Under the pieces are notes generated by a model. The model was not told the DNA's origin. It did not search any database and saw only the letters and a program-made list of their open reading frames with translations. Position numbers and translations under genes: made by a program. Positions 18,868 through 45,528 of a stretch of 64,000 nt of DNA are shown here, in pieces (positions within the stretch are counted from its first letter, which is position 1; each line of letters opens with the position of its first letter). Source of the stretch: the human T2T-CHM13v2.0 reference genome, Homo sapiens; the NCBI RefSeq assembly GCF_009914755.1, contig NC_060936.1, one strand, 5' to 3'.

Positions 18868-19374
18868 TGAAAATGGCCCAACTGTCTGATAGAACTGGTA
18901 TTTGTGGTTTCTTTTGAATAAAAGAAAGAAACTGAAAGAAAACTGACCCTCCCAGTCTTAAAACTTGAGAAAGTTACATTTGTCTTAATCTGAGTTCCTT
19001 CCTCATGAAGCCAACCATCAGGCCTCCCAGATATTATCAAGGAACTGAAACTTACCAGATCACTGCATCTGGACAATGAGGAGCCAGACCCCTCACCCAT
19101 CATGATTGCCTAAGCAACCACCTGCTTCTTGTTGACCAACTCCTCCCCTTTACCCCTCCCTAATTCTTGTTTTCCCAAAAATGGTTACATTTCTTTTCTG
19201 TTATACAAACCCTTAATTTTAATCAGTCAGGGAGATGGATTTGGGACTGATCTAGAACTCATCTCCCATCTCCTCAGCTGCAGCACCCAACTAAAGCCTT
19301 CTTCCCTGGCAATACCCATTGTCTCAGTGATCAAGCAGCAGTACCTAGACAGAACCCCTGGCATTTCGGTAACA
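18868..19374 (+). mobile_element. MER4-group ERV1 solo LTR (subfamily unresolved)
   Basis: TG...GGTAACA termini, LTR-like U5 (aaagccttcttccctggcaatac). Confidence 0.65.
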
Positions 19375-19689
19375 GGGCGAATAAATGGATGTGCAAGGAA
19401 AACCTCTTCATCTTAAATAAAGGGCAGATGAACACTAAGCCTTAGGATGGTGCCAATGAACACATGTTGGGTTGTTTCCACTTTTTGACTATTATGAATA
19501 ATGCTGTTATGAACATTGTATACAAGTAGAGGAAGGAGTCTAAAGGCCCAGGGAAACAAGAATGATGCATGAATCTGTTATGAACAGCCTGCCCTGCCAC
19601 TCTGAAAGACAGTCATCCCTGGAAGAGCCTGGAGGACGTCCCCTATACCCAGGCATTACAGATGCAACAGTAAGGAGACTTGAGCATTC

Positions 19690-20960
19690 TTATAAAACTG
19701 TGTTGCAGCTGTTCTTTGCCAGCAGGAGATGGTGGCAAAGGATGTTGCCATGGAATTGAATTTCCTGATCTCAGCTGGAATAAAGGATCCAGGAGTGGTA
19801 GAGGCCAGTTGCAATCCTTAGCTTGCAGTGACAAGGTGTCTTAGTCAGTTTGGGTTTAGTCAGTCAGAATACCATAGATGGGTACTTAAACAACGAACAT
19901 TTATTGCTCAAGTTCTGGAGACTGGAAGTCCTGAGATTAGGGTGCCAGCATGGCTGGTTTGCGGTAAAGGCTTGCCTCCTGGTTCACAGATGGCTGTCTT
20001 CTCACATGGCAAAGAGAGTGAGAGCTCTTCTCTTTCTCTTCTCTAAGGACACTAATCCTATAGCAGGAGCTCCACCCTCATGAGCTCATCTATACCTAAT
20101 TATTTCCCAAAGACCCCACTTCCTAATACCATCCCATTGGCGGTTAGGGTTTCAACTTACGGATTTTGGGGGAACACAAATTGCATAACACAAGGTGAGT
20201 ACAATTACCAGAGTAACCCACAGGGATGAAGTGTGTACGATCACAGGGTATGAACTTTCGGGATATGTAACATCGTGTAATCAGTCATAAGACTGTAGGA
20301 ATTAAATACAAGGGCAGCCCAAAGTACTTCTTCACATATCCAGGCAATGATTCTAGGTCTAGTGGGCAGAAACCTAGTTTAAGTCACTGTAGTGGGAATT
20401 CACACACTCTTAGCCAGTTTCTCAAACTAAGCTAGTTCAGACTTGGAGCCCGAAAGCACACTGCAATGTGACCACAGGTGTGTTTTGTGGATCTTCAGTA
20501 AAACATTCCCCAGAAATAAGTAGGGCCATTTCCCAGTGTGACTATAAACTGGAGACAGGTAAATATTTTTTTTGGTGGAGGTGGGGGCTAATTGATTTTG
20601 GCTCTGAACTGATGCTAATCCATGGAGACACAAAATAAAGTAAGATGAAATGAAACAAACGCAACAACAACAAATCCAGCATAGTCCACCACTCAGAGTA
20701 GAAGTTTACAGAACCCAGGTGATAGATGGAACCTTGACCAGAGTCAGTTTCCCAGTGTGTCCAATGGCGTGATGGAGCCATTCAGTGGTTACTTCTCTAG
20801 TCTCAGAATGAATGGTGGGAAAAGGTATATTTAGCAACTGTTCTTTGATTGATGAAGCGAGGGAGGGCTATTATATTAAGAACATTCAAGTGAAAGCCTC
20901 TGAAAATCCTCAGATCACCAAAATAGTGTTCCCAAAGTAACTCTGCAATCTGGGGGAAAT
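19690..20960 (+). mobile_element. Decayed ERVL/MaLR internal (gag-protease) remnant
   Basis: gattttggctctgaactgatgctaatccatggagac translates DFGSELMLIHGD, similar to ERVL protease DTGSELTLIPGD. Confidence 0.55.
19837..20190 (-). mobile_element. MLT1A-like solo LTR
   Basis: tgtcttagtc...ataaca; 5-bp TSD CAAGG (19832-19836, 20191-20195). Confidence 0.8.
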
Positions 20961-21032
20961 TCAGTGGCGACAGTTGTGCAACGGTGAGTGTACGTAATGC
21001 CACCGAATGTTACACTTAAAAACGGTTAAAAA

Positions 21033-21777
<745 letters not shown>

Positions 21778-21854
21778 TCAAACATTGCTTGTTGTCATTG
21801 AATTCAAGAAGAAAACTTTAAAAAAGAAAAACCACACAAAACTAAAAATAATAA

Positions 21855-22180
21855 GGCCAGGCGTTGGTGGTTCACACCTGTAATCCTAGCACTTTGGAAG
21901 GCCAAGGCAGGTGGATCACCTGAGGTCAGGAGTTCAAGACCAACCCGGCCAACACAGCAAAACCTGGTCTCTAGTAAAAATACAAAAATTAGCCGGGCAT
22001 GGTGGTGCACACCTGTAATCCCAGCTACTCAGGAGGCTGAGGTGGGAAAATTACTTGAAACCGGGAGGCGGAGTTTGCAGTGAGCAGAGATTGTGACACT
22101 GAACTCCAGCCTGGGTGACAGAGCAAGACTCCCTCTTGAAAAAAAAAAATAAATAAATAAGTAAAATAAATAAATAATAA
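21855..22180 (+). mobile_element. AluSx
   Basis: Alu consensus with A-rich tail. Confidence 0.88.
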
Positions 22181-22799
22181 AGTGTACTCCATATGTATTC
22201 AATTTGTTTTATTTTTGTTTGTATGAACATATACAACACAAATTTAAAATATATAAGTAATTAATTGTGGAAAATGGGATCTATCGTGAGGATAAAGCAA
22301 AGTTATGCAACAAGATGAAGCAACAAAAAGTGATTTTTGAGGATGATTGCAAATTATCTTAAGTAATTTAGAAAGTTCACAATTTCCTGAGCTTTAACAG
22401 CATTAACAGGAAGCATTAAGAACAAGGATGTGGTTAGGTGTCTATTGGTTTGTCAGAAAGACATGTAACATGAAAACCACTGACATTAAGAGACAGGTAG
22501 CAGCTTTAATAATTTACCAGCCTTGTATTTCTTCACATTCTTGTTTCAGAGATAGTTTGAAAACAGTCCAAAAGGAAGATAATTCCAAATTCCTGAGGAT
22601 TTTCACCAAGTGTTGAGTGTACTATATAAAGTGATAACAGAGGATTATGTGGATGCATAACCCAGTGGCAACGAATTCCATTTTGGCCGTGAACTACTGA
22701 ACAGATTCACTGAATGTGTTCATTTGCTGAACAAATCTTATTTCAGCAAATGACAAAATAAGATTTGTTCAGCACATCTCATGTGAGTGCTCACATAGC

Positions 22800-23020
22800 G
22801 TGGGCTCTGTGGTCAGACAAACACTAGGCACTTCTCTTGGTGTTATCACCTTAAGCTGTGTGCCTTGGGGAAAGTTACTCAATTTCTCATTCCCTCCATT
22901 TCCTCGTGCACAAAATGGCAGAAAATAAAGGTGTTGTGATGATTAAATGAGATACTGTATACAATATTCTCAGTACAATGCCCAGCACATGGTGAGCCTT
23001 CAAGAAATGCTATCTACTAG
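22800..23020 (+). mobile_element. MIR fragment
   Basis: gctgtgtgccttggggaaagttac...tttcctc...attaaatgagata...gcacatggtgag. Confidence 0.65.
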
Positions 23021-23349
23021 TCCTACGTGCAATGCACTGTGGAGAGGGCTAAAAATGACATGTGTGGCACGAGTTGCAGTTTAATCCTGTGCTCCACTTA
23101 CTCTAAGATTCAGGTATGTGTTGCACTAGTTGGACTAGTGGCCAGGGGTCAGAGGAAAATAAGAACCTCCCGAAAATGTCTTCCCTTATTCTAGAGGAAG
23201 ACAGAGTTAAGAAGAAAAGCTTTAGCTCAAGGAAAGGGCATTAGAGTTAAAATGGAGGGAAAAAATATCTACTAATCAGAATATTCTACTGGCCACAGTC
23301 TCTGACCTTCTGGCAATTAAAATTTTAAAGTTAAAGATTACTTAAAATT

Positions 23350-23645
<296 letters not shown>

Positions 23646-23814
23646 AAGATTACTTAAAATTTACTTGGAAACTTAAAAGTGCACCATTAAGTAACTCCTG
23701 GGACCAAGCAGATGTCATGAGAAAAATTAAGAAATATTTGCCACTTCATCAGTTATAAGACAAAAAAATTTTTTTTTTAAATTTTAAGACATACTTAAAT
23801 TGAGTGATAATGAA

Positions 23815-25694
<1,880 letters not shown>

Positions 25695-25730
25695 TCATTG
25701 AGACACTCACACTGTTAAAGGAATATTGCC

Positions 25731-26187
<457 letters not shown>

Positions 26188-26232
26188 CTGTCTGGCCTTT
26201 TTACTTCTTTTTATGGCTTATTGAAATAGCTT

Positions 26233-26965
<733 letters not shown>

Positions 26966-27656
26966 GATGATAAACCTTTGAAAGCTAAAAAGCAAAGAGA
27001 TGATTGCAGACTAACTCAGAAGAACTGAGAAAGCTGAATTATGTGGCAACAGTAGAGAAAAATTGAAAACAGAAATGATTATATTGTAGAATCACAAACA
27101 GACCCAGATCTTCTACCTGCTCTCATGCTGCTGGATGACTGTTTCTCCCTAGTTTCAGCAGAAGTTGGAGTCTGTGGACTGGGAAACATCAAGTACAGCT
27201 GAGAGCTTTGATACCAAACAAAAATGGAGGTTTACACAATCACATGCTTGCTGATTGCTAAGCCCCTGCCTCCTGCCTCACAGCCTTCATCAATCATTTA
27301 GTGCCCAAACCATGTCAGCCAGATCTTTACCCTCTAGGAAGGGGATTGTCACACCTTTCTCTCAGGAATCAAAGCAGCCCAAGAGGAAAGAAGAGAAACT
27401 GATAAGATTACCCAACAAATAAATGGCCCTACAGTAAACTCAGAAATACAAGAGCTCTCCATATACTGCAAACTTCCAATCAGCTGTAGTCCTTCATTCC
27501 TCATCGTAAGAAACCAAAAATTACCAGAACTCTAAAGTAAGCCTCTATCATGCAAGACAAAAAGCACACAAGCAGGGAAAGCACCTTGGAGAAACAGAAT
27601 ACTATGTGGATGAAAGAAAACTAACTCATGTTCAGTCAAAGCTTCTCATAAAAGAC

Positions 27657-28095
27657 CAGGTGCCGGTTGGGCGCGGTGGCTCCCTCACTCACTTTGGGAG
27701 GCCGAGGGAGGTGTATCACAAGGTCAAGAGATCGAGACCATCCTGGCTAACATGGTAAAACCCCATCTCTACTGAAAATACAAAAATTAGCTGGGCATGG
27801 TGGCGGTCGCCTGTAGTCCCAGCTACTCAGGAGGCTGAGGCAGGAGAATCACTTGAACTCAGGGGGTGCAGGTTACAGTGAGCCGAGAGCGCCACTGCAT
27901 TCCAGCCTGGGTGACAGAGCGAGACTCCATCTCAAAAAAATAAATAAATAAAAGACCAGGCCCGGTGGCTTACACCTGTAATCCTAGCACTTTAGGAGGC
28001 TGAGGCGGGCGGATCACTTGAGGTCAGGAGTTTGAGATCAGCCTGGCCAACATGGTGAAACCCCGTCGGAGTGAGACTCTGTCTCAAAAAAAAAG
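27657..28095 (+). mobile_element. AluS nested at the 5' end of an internally deleted Alu
   Basis: Outer repeat aaag(c/t)ttctcataaaaga, inner repeat taaaagaccagg. Confidence 0.8.
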
Positions 28096-28574
28096 AAAGT
28101 TTCTCATAAAAGAGCAGCAAAGAAATCTGTTATGGTTAAAACATAGAACAAACAAATAACAAATAACAATAACTAAGGAAGCTTAGTTTATTAGAAATGT
28201 GCCAGGCAAGGGAGATAGTGAGCAAATGGAGTCAGTCAAATGGACGCCGAGTAGCTTTAACATTTGAGTTTTATACAGTTTCACTGAGGAGGCGTTAGCC
28301 AAAGGATGCTTTTAGGGCGGGGATAACAAGAGTTGGGGGAGGGGCAGGAAGGAAGGGTAGAGTTAGGGCAGGAAAGAATTGGTCAAAAGTTGCAAAGTTG
28401 AGTCACTGACTGTGTTGATAGGCTAGGCAAGGCTGTCTGTGAAAAAGTCTGTGGTTTTGTTTCCTGAACACCTGGGTCCAAGCTGAGCTGTTGCTGACAT
28501 AGTTTATCTGTCTTGCAAATTGTGGTCTCTGTACTGTTTTTCAAGTTGTGGTTTCTGTAGTTTTCCATTTCTCA

Positions 28575-29410
<836 letters not shown>

Positions 29411-29444
29411 TAAGAAAAGAAACAAACTAAAAGAGGAAGGTGTG

Positions 29445-29820
29445 GCTTTCTTTTCCTCCGGGACACAGAAGGTCGTCCTTCCTACCTACTGGCTGCCCTC
29501 GGGGGCAACCCCTTGCCCAGCACCAAGGACGTCAAGAAGATCCTGTACAATATAAGCAATAAGGCCAATGGCAACCAGTGCAGCAAGATCATCAGTGAGC
29601 TGAATGGAAAAAACATTAAAGGTGTCATTGCCCAGGGTATTGGCAAGTTGCCATTGTGCTCTCCCACAAGGCTGTGGCCGCCTCTGCTGCCCCGGCTCTG
29701 TAGCTCCTGCTGCTGGCCCTGCCCCTACTACAAAGAAGAAGAAACATGAGAAGAAGGAGTCCCAAGAGTCACATGGTGACATATGATTTGACTTCCTGCT
29801 CCCCTGCCAATTCCCCTGGA
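29445..29820 (+). pseudogene. Processed RPLP2 (60S acidic ribosomal protein P2) pseudogene
   Basis: 5'TOP-like ctttcttttcctcc; SYLLAALGGN, PSTKDVKKIL, KIISELNGKNIKGVIAQGIGKL, APAAGPAP, EKKESQESHGD; frameshifted, no start ATG, intronless. Confidence 0.92.
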
Positions 29821-29900
29821 AAGAAAGAAAGAAGGGAGGGAGGGAAGGAGGGAGAGGAAGGGGAGTGGGGGAGGGGAGGGGAGGGAAAGGGAAGGGAATA
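29820..29900. repeat. GA-rich low-complexity tract (decayed tail)
   Basis: (GAAA)/(GGGA) repeats just 3' of the pseudogene. Confidence 0.8.
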
Positions 29901-30207
29901 GAAGAAACAGGAGAGACGCAAAGTGATGGCGAAGGAAAATCACAGGATCAAAAACAGCAAATGTAGAAAGCAACTGATCCGGACTGGGAGAGGCATAACT
30001 CAAAAGACAGGCATGTTGGGGATTTGTTATCCACCATTTAAAAAGATAAAGCCATTCTTAGCCCATGGGTCATACAAAAACAGGCTGCAGGTCAGTTTTC
30101 TGACCCCGATCTAGTCAATAAAAAAGAAACAGGATGAACTGACACTAATTTCTGGAAAGAAGGAAGGAAGGAGGAAAGGAGGCAGGAAGGAAAAAAAAGA
30201 AGAAAGG

Positions 30208-30702
<495 letters not shown>

Positions 30703-31399
30703 TCAAAGGCATTTCCCTACATCATACTGTAAGGAAAATTCCTGGGTGAGCCCACAGAAACGACAGGTTAATCCAAATTATAAACTGAGTAATCTCATTG
30801 TAGAGCCTTTGCATAAATCCAGGATACCTAGTTATCCAATAGTCTCCCTGGCCAGATTGCCAAAGCTTTCGCTGCTCTGGGTCTTCTTCCTCATTGTAGT
30901 CCCTGTCATCAGGGTTTCCACAGCACTCAACTCATTCTCCAAGCTTTGACTGCAGTATTCTTCAGGATACATCATCAATCATCTTCCCTCTGCCTTGACA
31001 TGGTGCTTGGCACTGTGACCCTTGACACAATGTTAAGTGCCTTGACATATTGCTACACTCCCCAAATAAGACTTACTTCAAGTGAATATACATTAGATAT
31101 CTGCAGGAAAAATGAAGAAGAGCAAGACAGCAACCATCCCTTCCCTTTAAGAATTCCCTTCAAGAACAAGGATTTTTCTCCATATAACAAGAATGTGATT
31201 GCAAATTGCTTCACAAAAAAGTAATCTGGCAGAGCTGTAATCTCCACTGGCCTCTCCAAAAAGCCACAAATAAAATAGCCTTTGATATAGACAATAAATT
31301 GTAAATATCAGTAGAAGCTTCCTTAGAAGCTATCTTGATGATAGACACTGACTTTTTTGTTTATTTTTATTTATGTTATTTCCATTGCATTATGTGGCA

Positions 31400-33780
<2,381 letters not shown>

Positions 33781-33879
33781 TTGATCATTCTTGCCAAATT
33801 TTGTGTAGTCTTTTAAAATAACTGCTTTGTTCCTTTTACTTTGGATTTATTTTCTGTTTTTCTGACTTATTATAAATGA

Positions 33880-34230
<351 letters not shown>

Positions 34231-34263
34231 AAGTTTATACATTTCTTTCTACACACTACGTAG

Positions 34264-34588
<325 letters not shown>

Positions 34589-34711
34589 GTCATCTGTAAT
34601 ACTGTTTATTACATTCAAAATGTTTAATTTGTGTCTTTCTTATTTCCTAGCACATAAAGGAAATTTTTTAGCTTTTTTTATTGTTTATTTGTAGCTTAAT
34701 AGCATTATACA

Positions 34712-35066
34712 TAGGCATACCTTATTTTATTGCACTTCATTTTATCATGCTTTCTAGATTCTATTTTTGTTACAAATCGAAGGTTTGCGGCAACCTTGTG
34801 TTGAGCAAGTATATCAGTGCCATTTTTCCAACAGCATGTGCTCACTTTTGTGTCGTTGTGTCAGCATTTTTTACTGATAAACTATTTTTAAAATAAGGTA
34901 TATTTTTAGACATAATGCCATTGCATACTAAATAGACTACATTATAGTTTAAAAATAACTTTATGTACTAGGAAACCAAAAAAAATTGTGTGACTTACTT
35001 TACTGTGATGTTTGTTTTATTGCAATGATCTGGAACTGAACCTATAATATCTCTGACATGTGCCTA
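34712..35066 (+). mobile_element. Internally deleted Tigger1 DNA transposon
   Basis: Tigger1-like 5' end (taggcatacc...aaatcgaaggtttgcggcaacc) fused to its 3' end (tagacataatgc...ctggaactgaacc...tgtgcct). Confidence 0.75.
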
Positions 35067-35294
35067 TGGTCAGAGAATGTCCTCATTTTAATTCTGTCAA
35101 TTTTCTTGAGATTTGATTTACAGACAATCTGTCTTCAATTAATAAAAATTTTGCGTGCTTAAAAAGAATGTGATTTTTGCTGTTGTTAGTATAGCGTTCT
35201 ATGCTTCTACCATAGTAAATATGTAATCATGTTTATCAAATCTACTCGATGAACATTTTCTGTCAATTATTAATTTTCAAATTCTCCAATATGA

Positions 35295-36555
<1,261 letters not shown>

Positions 36556-37023
36556 CTAAAATTTGTTTTAATGAAGACAAAATAAAATTGTTTTCAGACA
36601 AATAAAACTCACTCTTTCGCCAGCAAACTCTCCCTATAGGAAAAATCTAAAGTATATATTTTAGCTAGAAGGAAATTGATCCTAAATGAAGCTACAAGAA
36701 GAAACAACATGTAAAAAAGACTTTGGGTAAGTATAAAATATTAACTATAAAACAATGATAATGTTTAGTAATATTTAAATTTGAAAGAAAAAAGATAATA
36801 TTAAAACATATGACAGGTCTGTGTTCTGGAGGAGATAAAGAAATAGATTAACTTTGTAATTTAAGTAATCACAATGCAGCTTATAGGGTAACAACCAAAA
36901 AAAATCAACCCAAAAAACAAAAGGCAAAAAAAGCATCTCAAACCTGAATAGAGTATTTAACTTCCAAACTAGCAAGGAAGAATATAATTAATACCAAAAA
37001 AGAGTCAAAAAAAAAAATAGGAA

Positions 37024-37315
37024 GGCCAGGCATGGTGGCTCATGCCTGTAATCCAAGCACTTTGGGAAGCCAAGGCTGGCAGATCACTTGAGGATAGGCG
37101 TTTGAGACCAGCCTGGCCAACATGGCAAAATCCCGTCTCTACTAAAAATATAAAAATTAGCTGGGGATGGTGGTACACGCCTGTAATCCCAGCTACTCAG
37201 GAGACTGAGGCAAAAGGATCACTTGAGCCCGGAAGGCGGAGGTTGCAGTGAGCCGAGATCACACCATTGCCCTCCAGCCTAGGTGACAGAGCGAGACTCT
37301 CTCTCAAAAGAAAAA
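37024..37315 (+). mobile_element. AluS
   Basis: TSD aataggaa. Confidence 0.88.
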
Positions 37316-37514
37316 GAATAGGAAGTGAAAGATAGTATAAACTAGGGCAATAGATTTTTTGAGACTAATTTCATTAAAGGTAAATAAACTAAATGCCTTA
37401 GTAGTTGTCTCAGTCAGTTTAGGCTGCTGTAACAAATATATCATAGGCTGAGTACTTAAATAACAGAAATTTATTTCTCACAGTTACAGAGACTGGCTGT
37501 TTGGGGTTTGTTTT

Positions 37515-37971
<457 letters not shown>

Positions 37972-38880
37972 TCATTTCCCCACTTCTACATACCATCTGC
38001 CATTTCATTTGGGAATATGCTGACGAATACCTGACACGAACCATCGCCGACTTCTCTAATCACTTCCTACAGCCAGGAGACTGGGTTCTGGTAAAAGATC
38101 CCAGTCCTCTCCTCAATCCTCCCCTCACACTTAAATGGAATGGGTCTTACCAGATCATCTTTACTACACCCACTTAAGCAGGAAAAAAAAGTTTCTTGTA
38201 CTAGGCTAACTCACTTTGAGGCTCAGCGATAGGCAGGGCTCTGGCAGGGCTTTGATAGCCCTGTCTGCAGAGCCAGGGCCCTCAAGGGATGAGCCCCAGA
38301 GCCTCTCCCTCCCATCTTGGAGCAGGGGTGAGAAAAACAAGTTTTTCTCCTCTTTCAGCTTCCCCTTCCCCCCTTACCATTCTCATAATTATTTTGCAAA
38401 GTTTTGTAAGTTCCTGTTTTTCCTTCTGTATAAGGTCACAAGATATGTTTAAGTTGCACAATCTGTCACTGTTTCACAAACTGCCTTTGTTCTGCTTCTG
38501 TAAGCCTGCTTGCCCGCCCTACAGGTTTTGCACCATCAAACTGGTGAGCCCCTTTTTGGATGCATGTATAGCCAACCCCCTTTTGGATGCATGTATAAAA
38601 GTCAAGCCCTGTCTTTGTTCGGGGCTCAGCCTTTGGATGTTAATCCTCTGGGCTGGTACACACCTAATAAATCCTCCTGTCCCACCCATTGGTCTCTTCT
38701 GTCCCTTGATTCCTGCAACACCACAGGAGCAAAACCCCAGGGACTCCCCAGCTGGTTTCATTATACATCTCTCAAGACAACAGACTTCACTACATACCAA
38801 AACAACCAAATCAAAACCCCCTTCAGCCTTCTCTTGTGTCTCCACAGGACCCACTTCCCTTCGCCTCACCAAATCCTGGA
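37972..38880 (+). pseudogene. ERV pol 3' end (integrase C-terminal GPY/F region), split by an LTR
   Basis: LQPGDWVLVK...PLTLKWNGSYQIIFTTPT resumes after the LTR as GAKPQGLPSWFHYTSLK. Confidence 0.85.
38174..38720 (+). mobile_element. ERV1 solo LTR (HERV-E/HERV3/HERV15-related) inserted in pol
   Basis: TATAAAA box, AATAAA, ends cctgcaaca; TSD CCAC (38170-38173, 38721-38724). Confidence 0.75.
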
Positions 38881-38911
38881 GGAAAAGGAAGAGAAATTTA
38901 CATAAGCTGCT

Positions 38912-40982
<2,071 letters not shown>

Positions 40983-41074
40983 GATCAAAGAACTCTCCGC
41001 ACTCCTCCCCTTAGCAGGAAGTAGCCAGAAAGAACACACCGCCCCTTGTCCTTCTATAACTATAGGATCTGGAT

Positions 41075-41473
41075 TGACAGAGCAAGAGCATCACCATCTT
41101 GGACAAACACTGCCATTTTAAGTTGCCCTTGATTAAAAAACGCCTAATCCAGCCCCAGAAACATCACCCTAATGGCCAATGTCAGCATGACCATTAAATG
41201 ACACCTCCAACCGGAAATGTTCCAACCCCAAGATAAATCCCCCTCCGACCAGAAACATGCCAACCCCACAATAAAACTCTCCTCCACCCAGAAATATTCC
41301 AAATCTGCGATAAGCTCTCCCTCCCTAAACCCTTAAATATTCTTAGTCTATAAGAGAGAAGGCCCCGACCTAAACCAGCCAGAATCCCCTCTCAGGTTTA
41401 TTCTCCAAAATACACTTGTCTGTGATTATTGAGCCCCTTTTTGTGTTTCTTTCTTCTTCCTTAAACCCTTACA
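41075..41473 (+). mobile_element. LTR19 (3' LTR of the env-bearing provirus)
   Basis: TGACAGAGCAAGAGCATCACCATCTTGGACAAACACTGCCATTTTAAG start, TTACA end, 93 bp after env stop. Confidence 0.8.
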
Positions 41474-41826
41474 GTTGTATTGATTATAGAGGCAATAGTG
41501 GATCATAGAACTATGCCTTGTGTTAGTTACAGAGACTAGAGTAGCTTGTCCTGGCAAGACTGTTGCTGACTAGCTGCGTTTCAGACATTGAGCTGTCTCT
41601 GATTAGTTGGTTTTTGAAGACATTTTCACCAAAGCAAGCTGCCATTGATTTCAGTGGGTTAAGCCAGTTCTGCTACTTACTTGTTACTATGGCTGTAGAA
41701 CTTTTCCTAATAACATAAAGACTTTTTAATATTCAGCTCTCTATCTTAAGGATATTAACCATTTGTCATCTTGTTTAAATTTTTGTTCTCTATTTGTCTT
41801 TTAATTTGAGGATTCTTTAAATGTAA

Positions 41827-42157
<331 letters not shown>

Positions 42158-42849
42158 ACCATCTTTATACTTTCTATTTTTTTGGTTTAAAATCTTTCAT
42201 TATTCATAGCATGTGATGAGAGACTTTACACTCTATATCATTCTCATTTTCAAAGCAACCATAGACTATATTGATTCATAATAGTTTTATGTCTATGTAT
42301 CTTGCTTCCCCAAAGATTCCAAACTCCATGAAGCCAGGGTTTAAACAATTTTTACTGCCTACATCATATATTATGGTGTATGTGAGGTATGTGAGGCTGC
42401 AGTGTAAGGCCTGAACTGGAATGGTAATAAGTAAGACTGGGAAAAAAAATAGACCAGCCAGTAGGGTATGAGTTTGGAAGGGTTGATGTAAACCAAGGAC
42501 AAGTTGGATGTGGGAAAAGACTCAAGAAGAGGTAACTGAGGCAAGATGGTTGAAATATAAAGATTGGTCATATAAAAACATCCCATAACAAGTAAACTTA
42601 ATAAATCCCTAGGGAGGATTAGGAAACTGAGGACTTAGGTTGCAGCTTTATTTAATGGCTACTTCTGAAGTTAGTGGACAAAAGCCACCATAATTAACAT
42701 GCTTACTCTAGGGTGGTCCTTAAAGTTACATAAATCCCCAAGCCATACCTAGGACATCCTCAGGGTAATCAAAATCACAAGGTGTTTTCCTTTCCCCAAA
42801 AGATTTTCAAAAAAAGTATACATTTCATATTAAGTTATTGCCATCCATT

Positions 42850-43200
42850 TGTTTTTTGTTTCTGAGACAGAGTTTGGCTCTTGTTGCCCAGGCCGAGTGC
42901 AACAGCATGATCTCTGCTCACTGCAACCTCTGCCTTCTGGGTTCAAATGATTCTCCTGCCTCAGCCTCCTGAGTAGCTGGGATTACAGGCGCCCACCATC
43001 ACACCCGGCTAATTTTTGTATTTTTTAGTAGAGACGGGGTTTTGCCATGTTGGCCAGGCTGGTCTCGAACTCCTGACCTCAGGTGATCCACCGCCTTGGC
43101 TTCCCAAAGTGCTGGGATTATAGGTGTGAGCCACTGCGCCCGGCCATTGCCGTTACTTTTAATGTCAAAAACCACAGTTACTTTTGCACCAAACCCATTA
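42850..43200 (-). mobile_element. AluS (42850-43145) next to a MADE1 half (43146-43200)
   Basis: ttacttttaatgtcaaaaaccacagttacttttgcaccaa matches MADE1. Confidence 0.75.
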
Positions 43201-43495
43201 AAAGGCAGCATTGTTTTCACCCAGACTTCTCATTATGTGAGATAAATTTTTTCATGATAATGAAAGAAAGAGGAGGAAGGAAGAAAACAGGGAGAGAAGG
43301 GAGGAAGGCAGACAAAAAGAAGAAAAAAGGAAAAGGCAAGTAGCCTAGAAATGAAAAGTCATATTCAGTGGCCTGACAGGTATGAAGGAGGAAGCACAGA
43401 GTCTGGGTTTCCTTGAGGGCTTCCAGTTAAGGGCTAAATGTATAATGCTGCTGTTCAGGGATGCAAAGATATTTAGAGGCCACCTAGTTCAACCC

Positions 43496-44926
<1,431 letters not shown>

Positions 44927-44979
44927 ATACTTAATGCTGAATTATTGTATTAAGTAGATTGGAAATAGTGAATTTATCC

Positions 44980-45420
<441 letters not shown>

Positions 45421-45528
45421 TAATAAATCAGGAAACACAATGGAAAAGTTTCCTTACAATAGCAGGAGAAACTAGACTACCTACAAAGACTGCATAAAAC
45501 TGTATGATTGTATAAAAAGATATAAACA

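Noticed and set aside
22525-22620. Polypyrimidine tract plus CAG, a possible splice acceptor in unique-looking DNA
   Set aside because: No convincing donor, reading frame or recognisable protein; cannot support an exon
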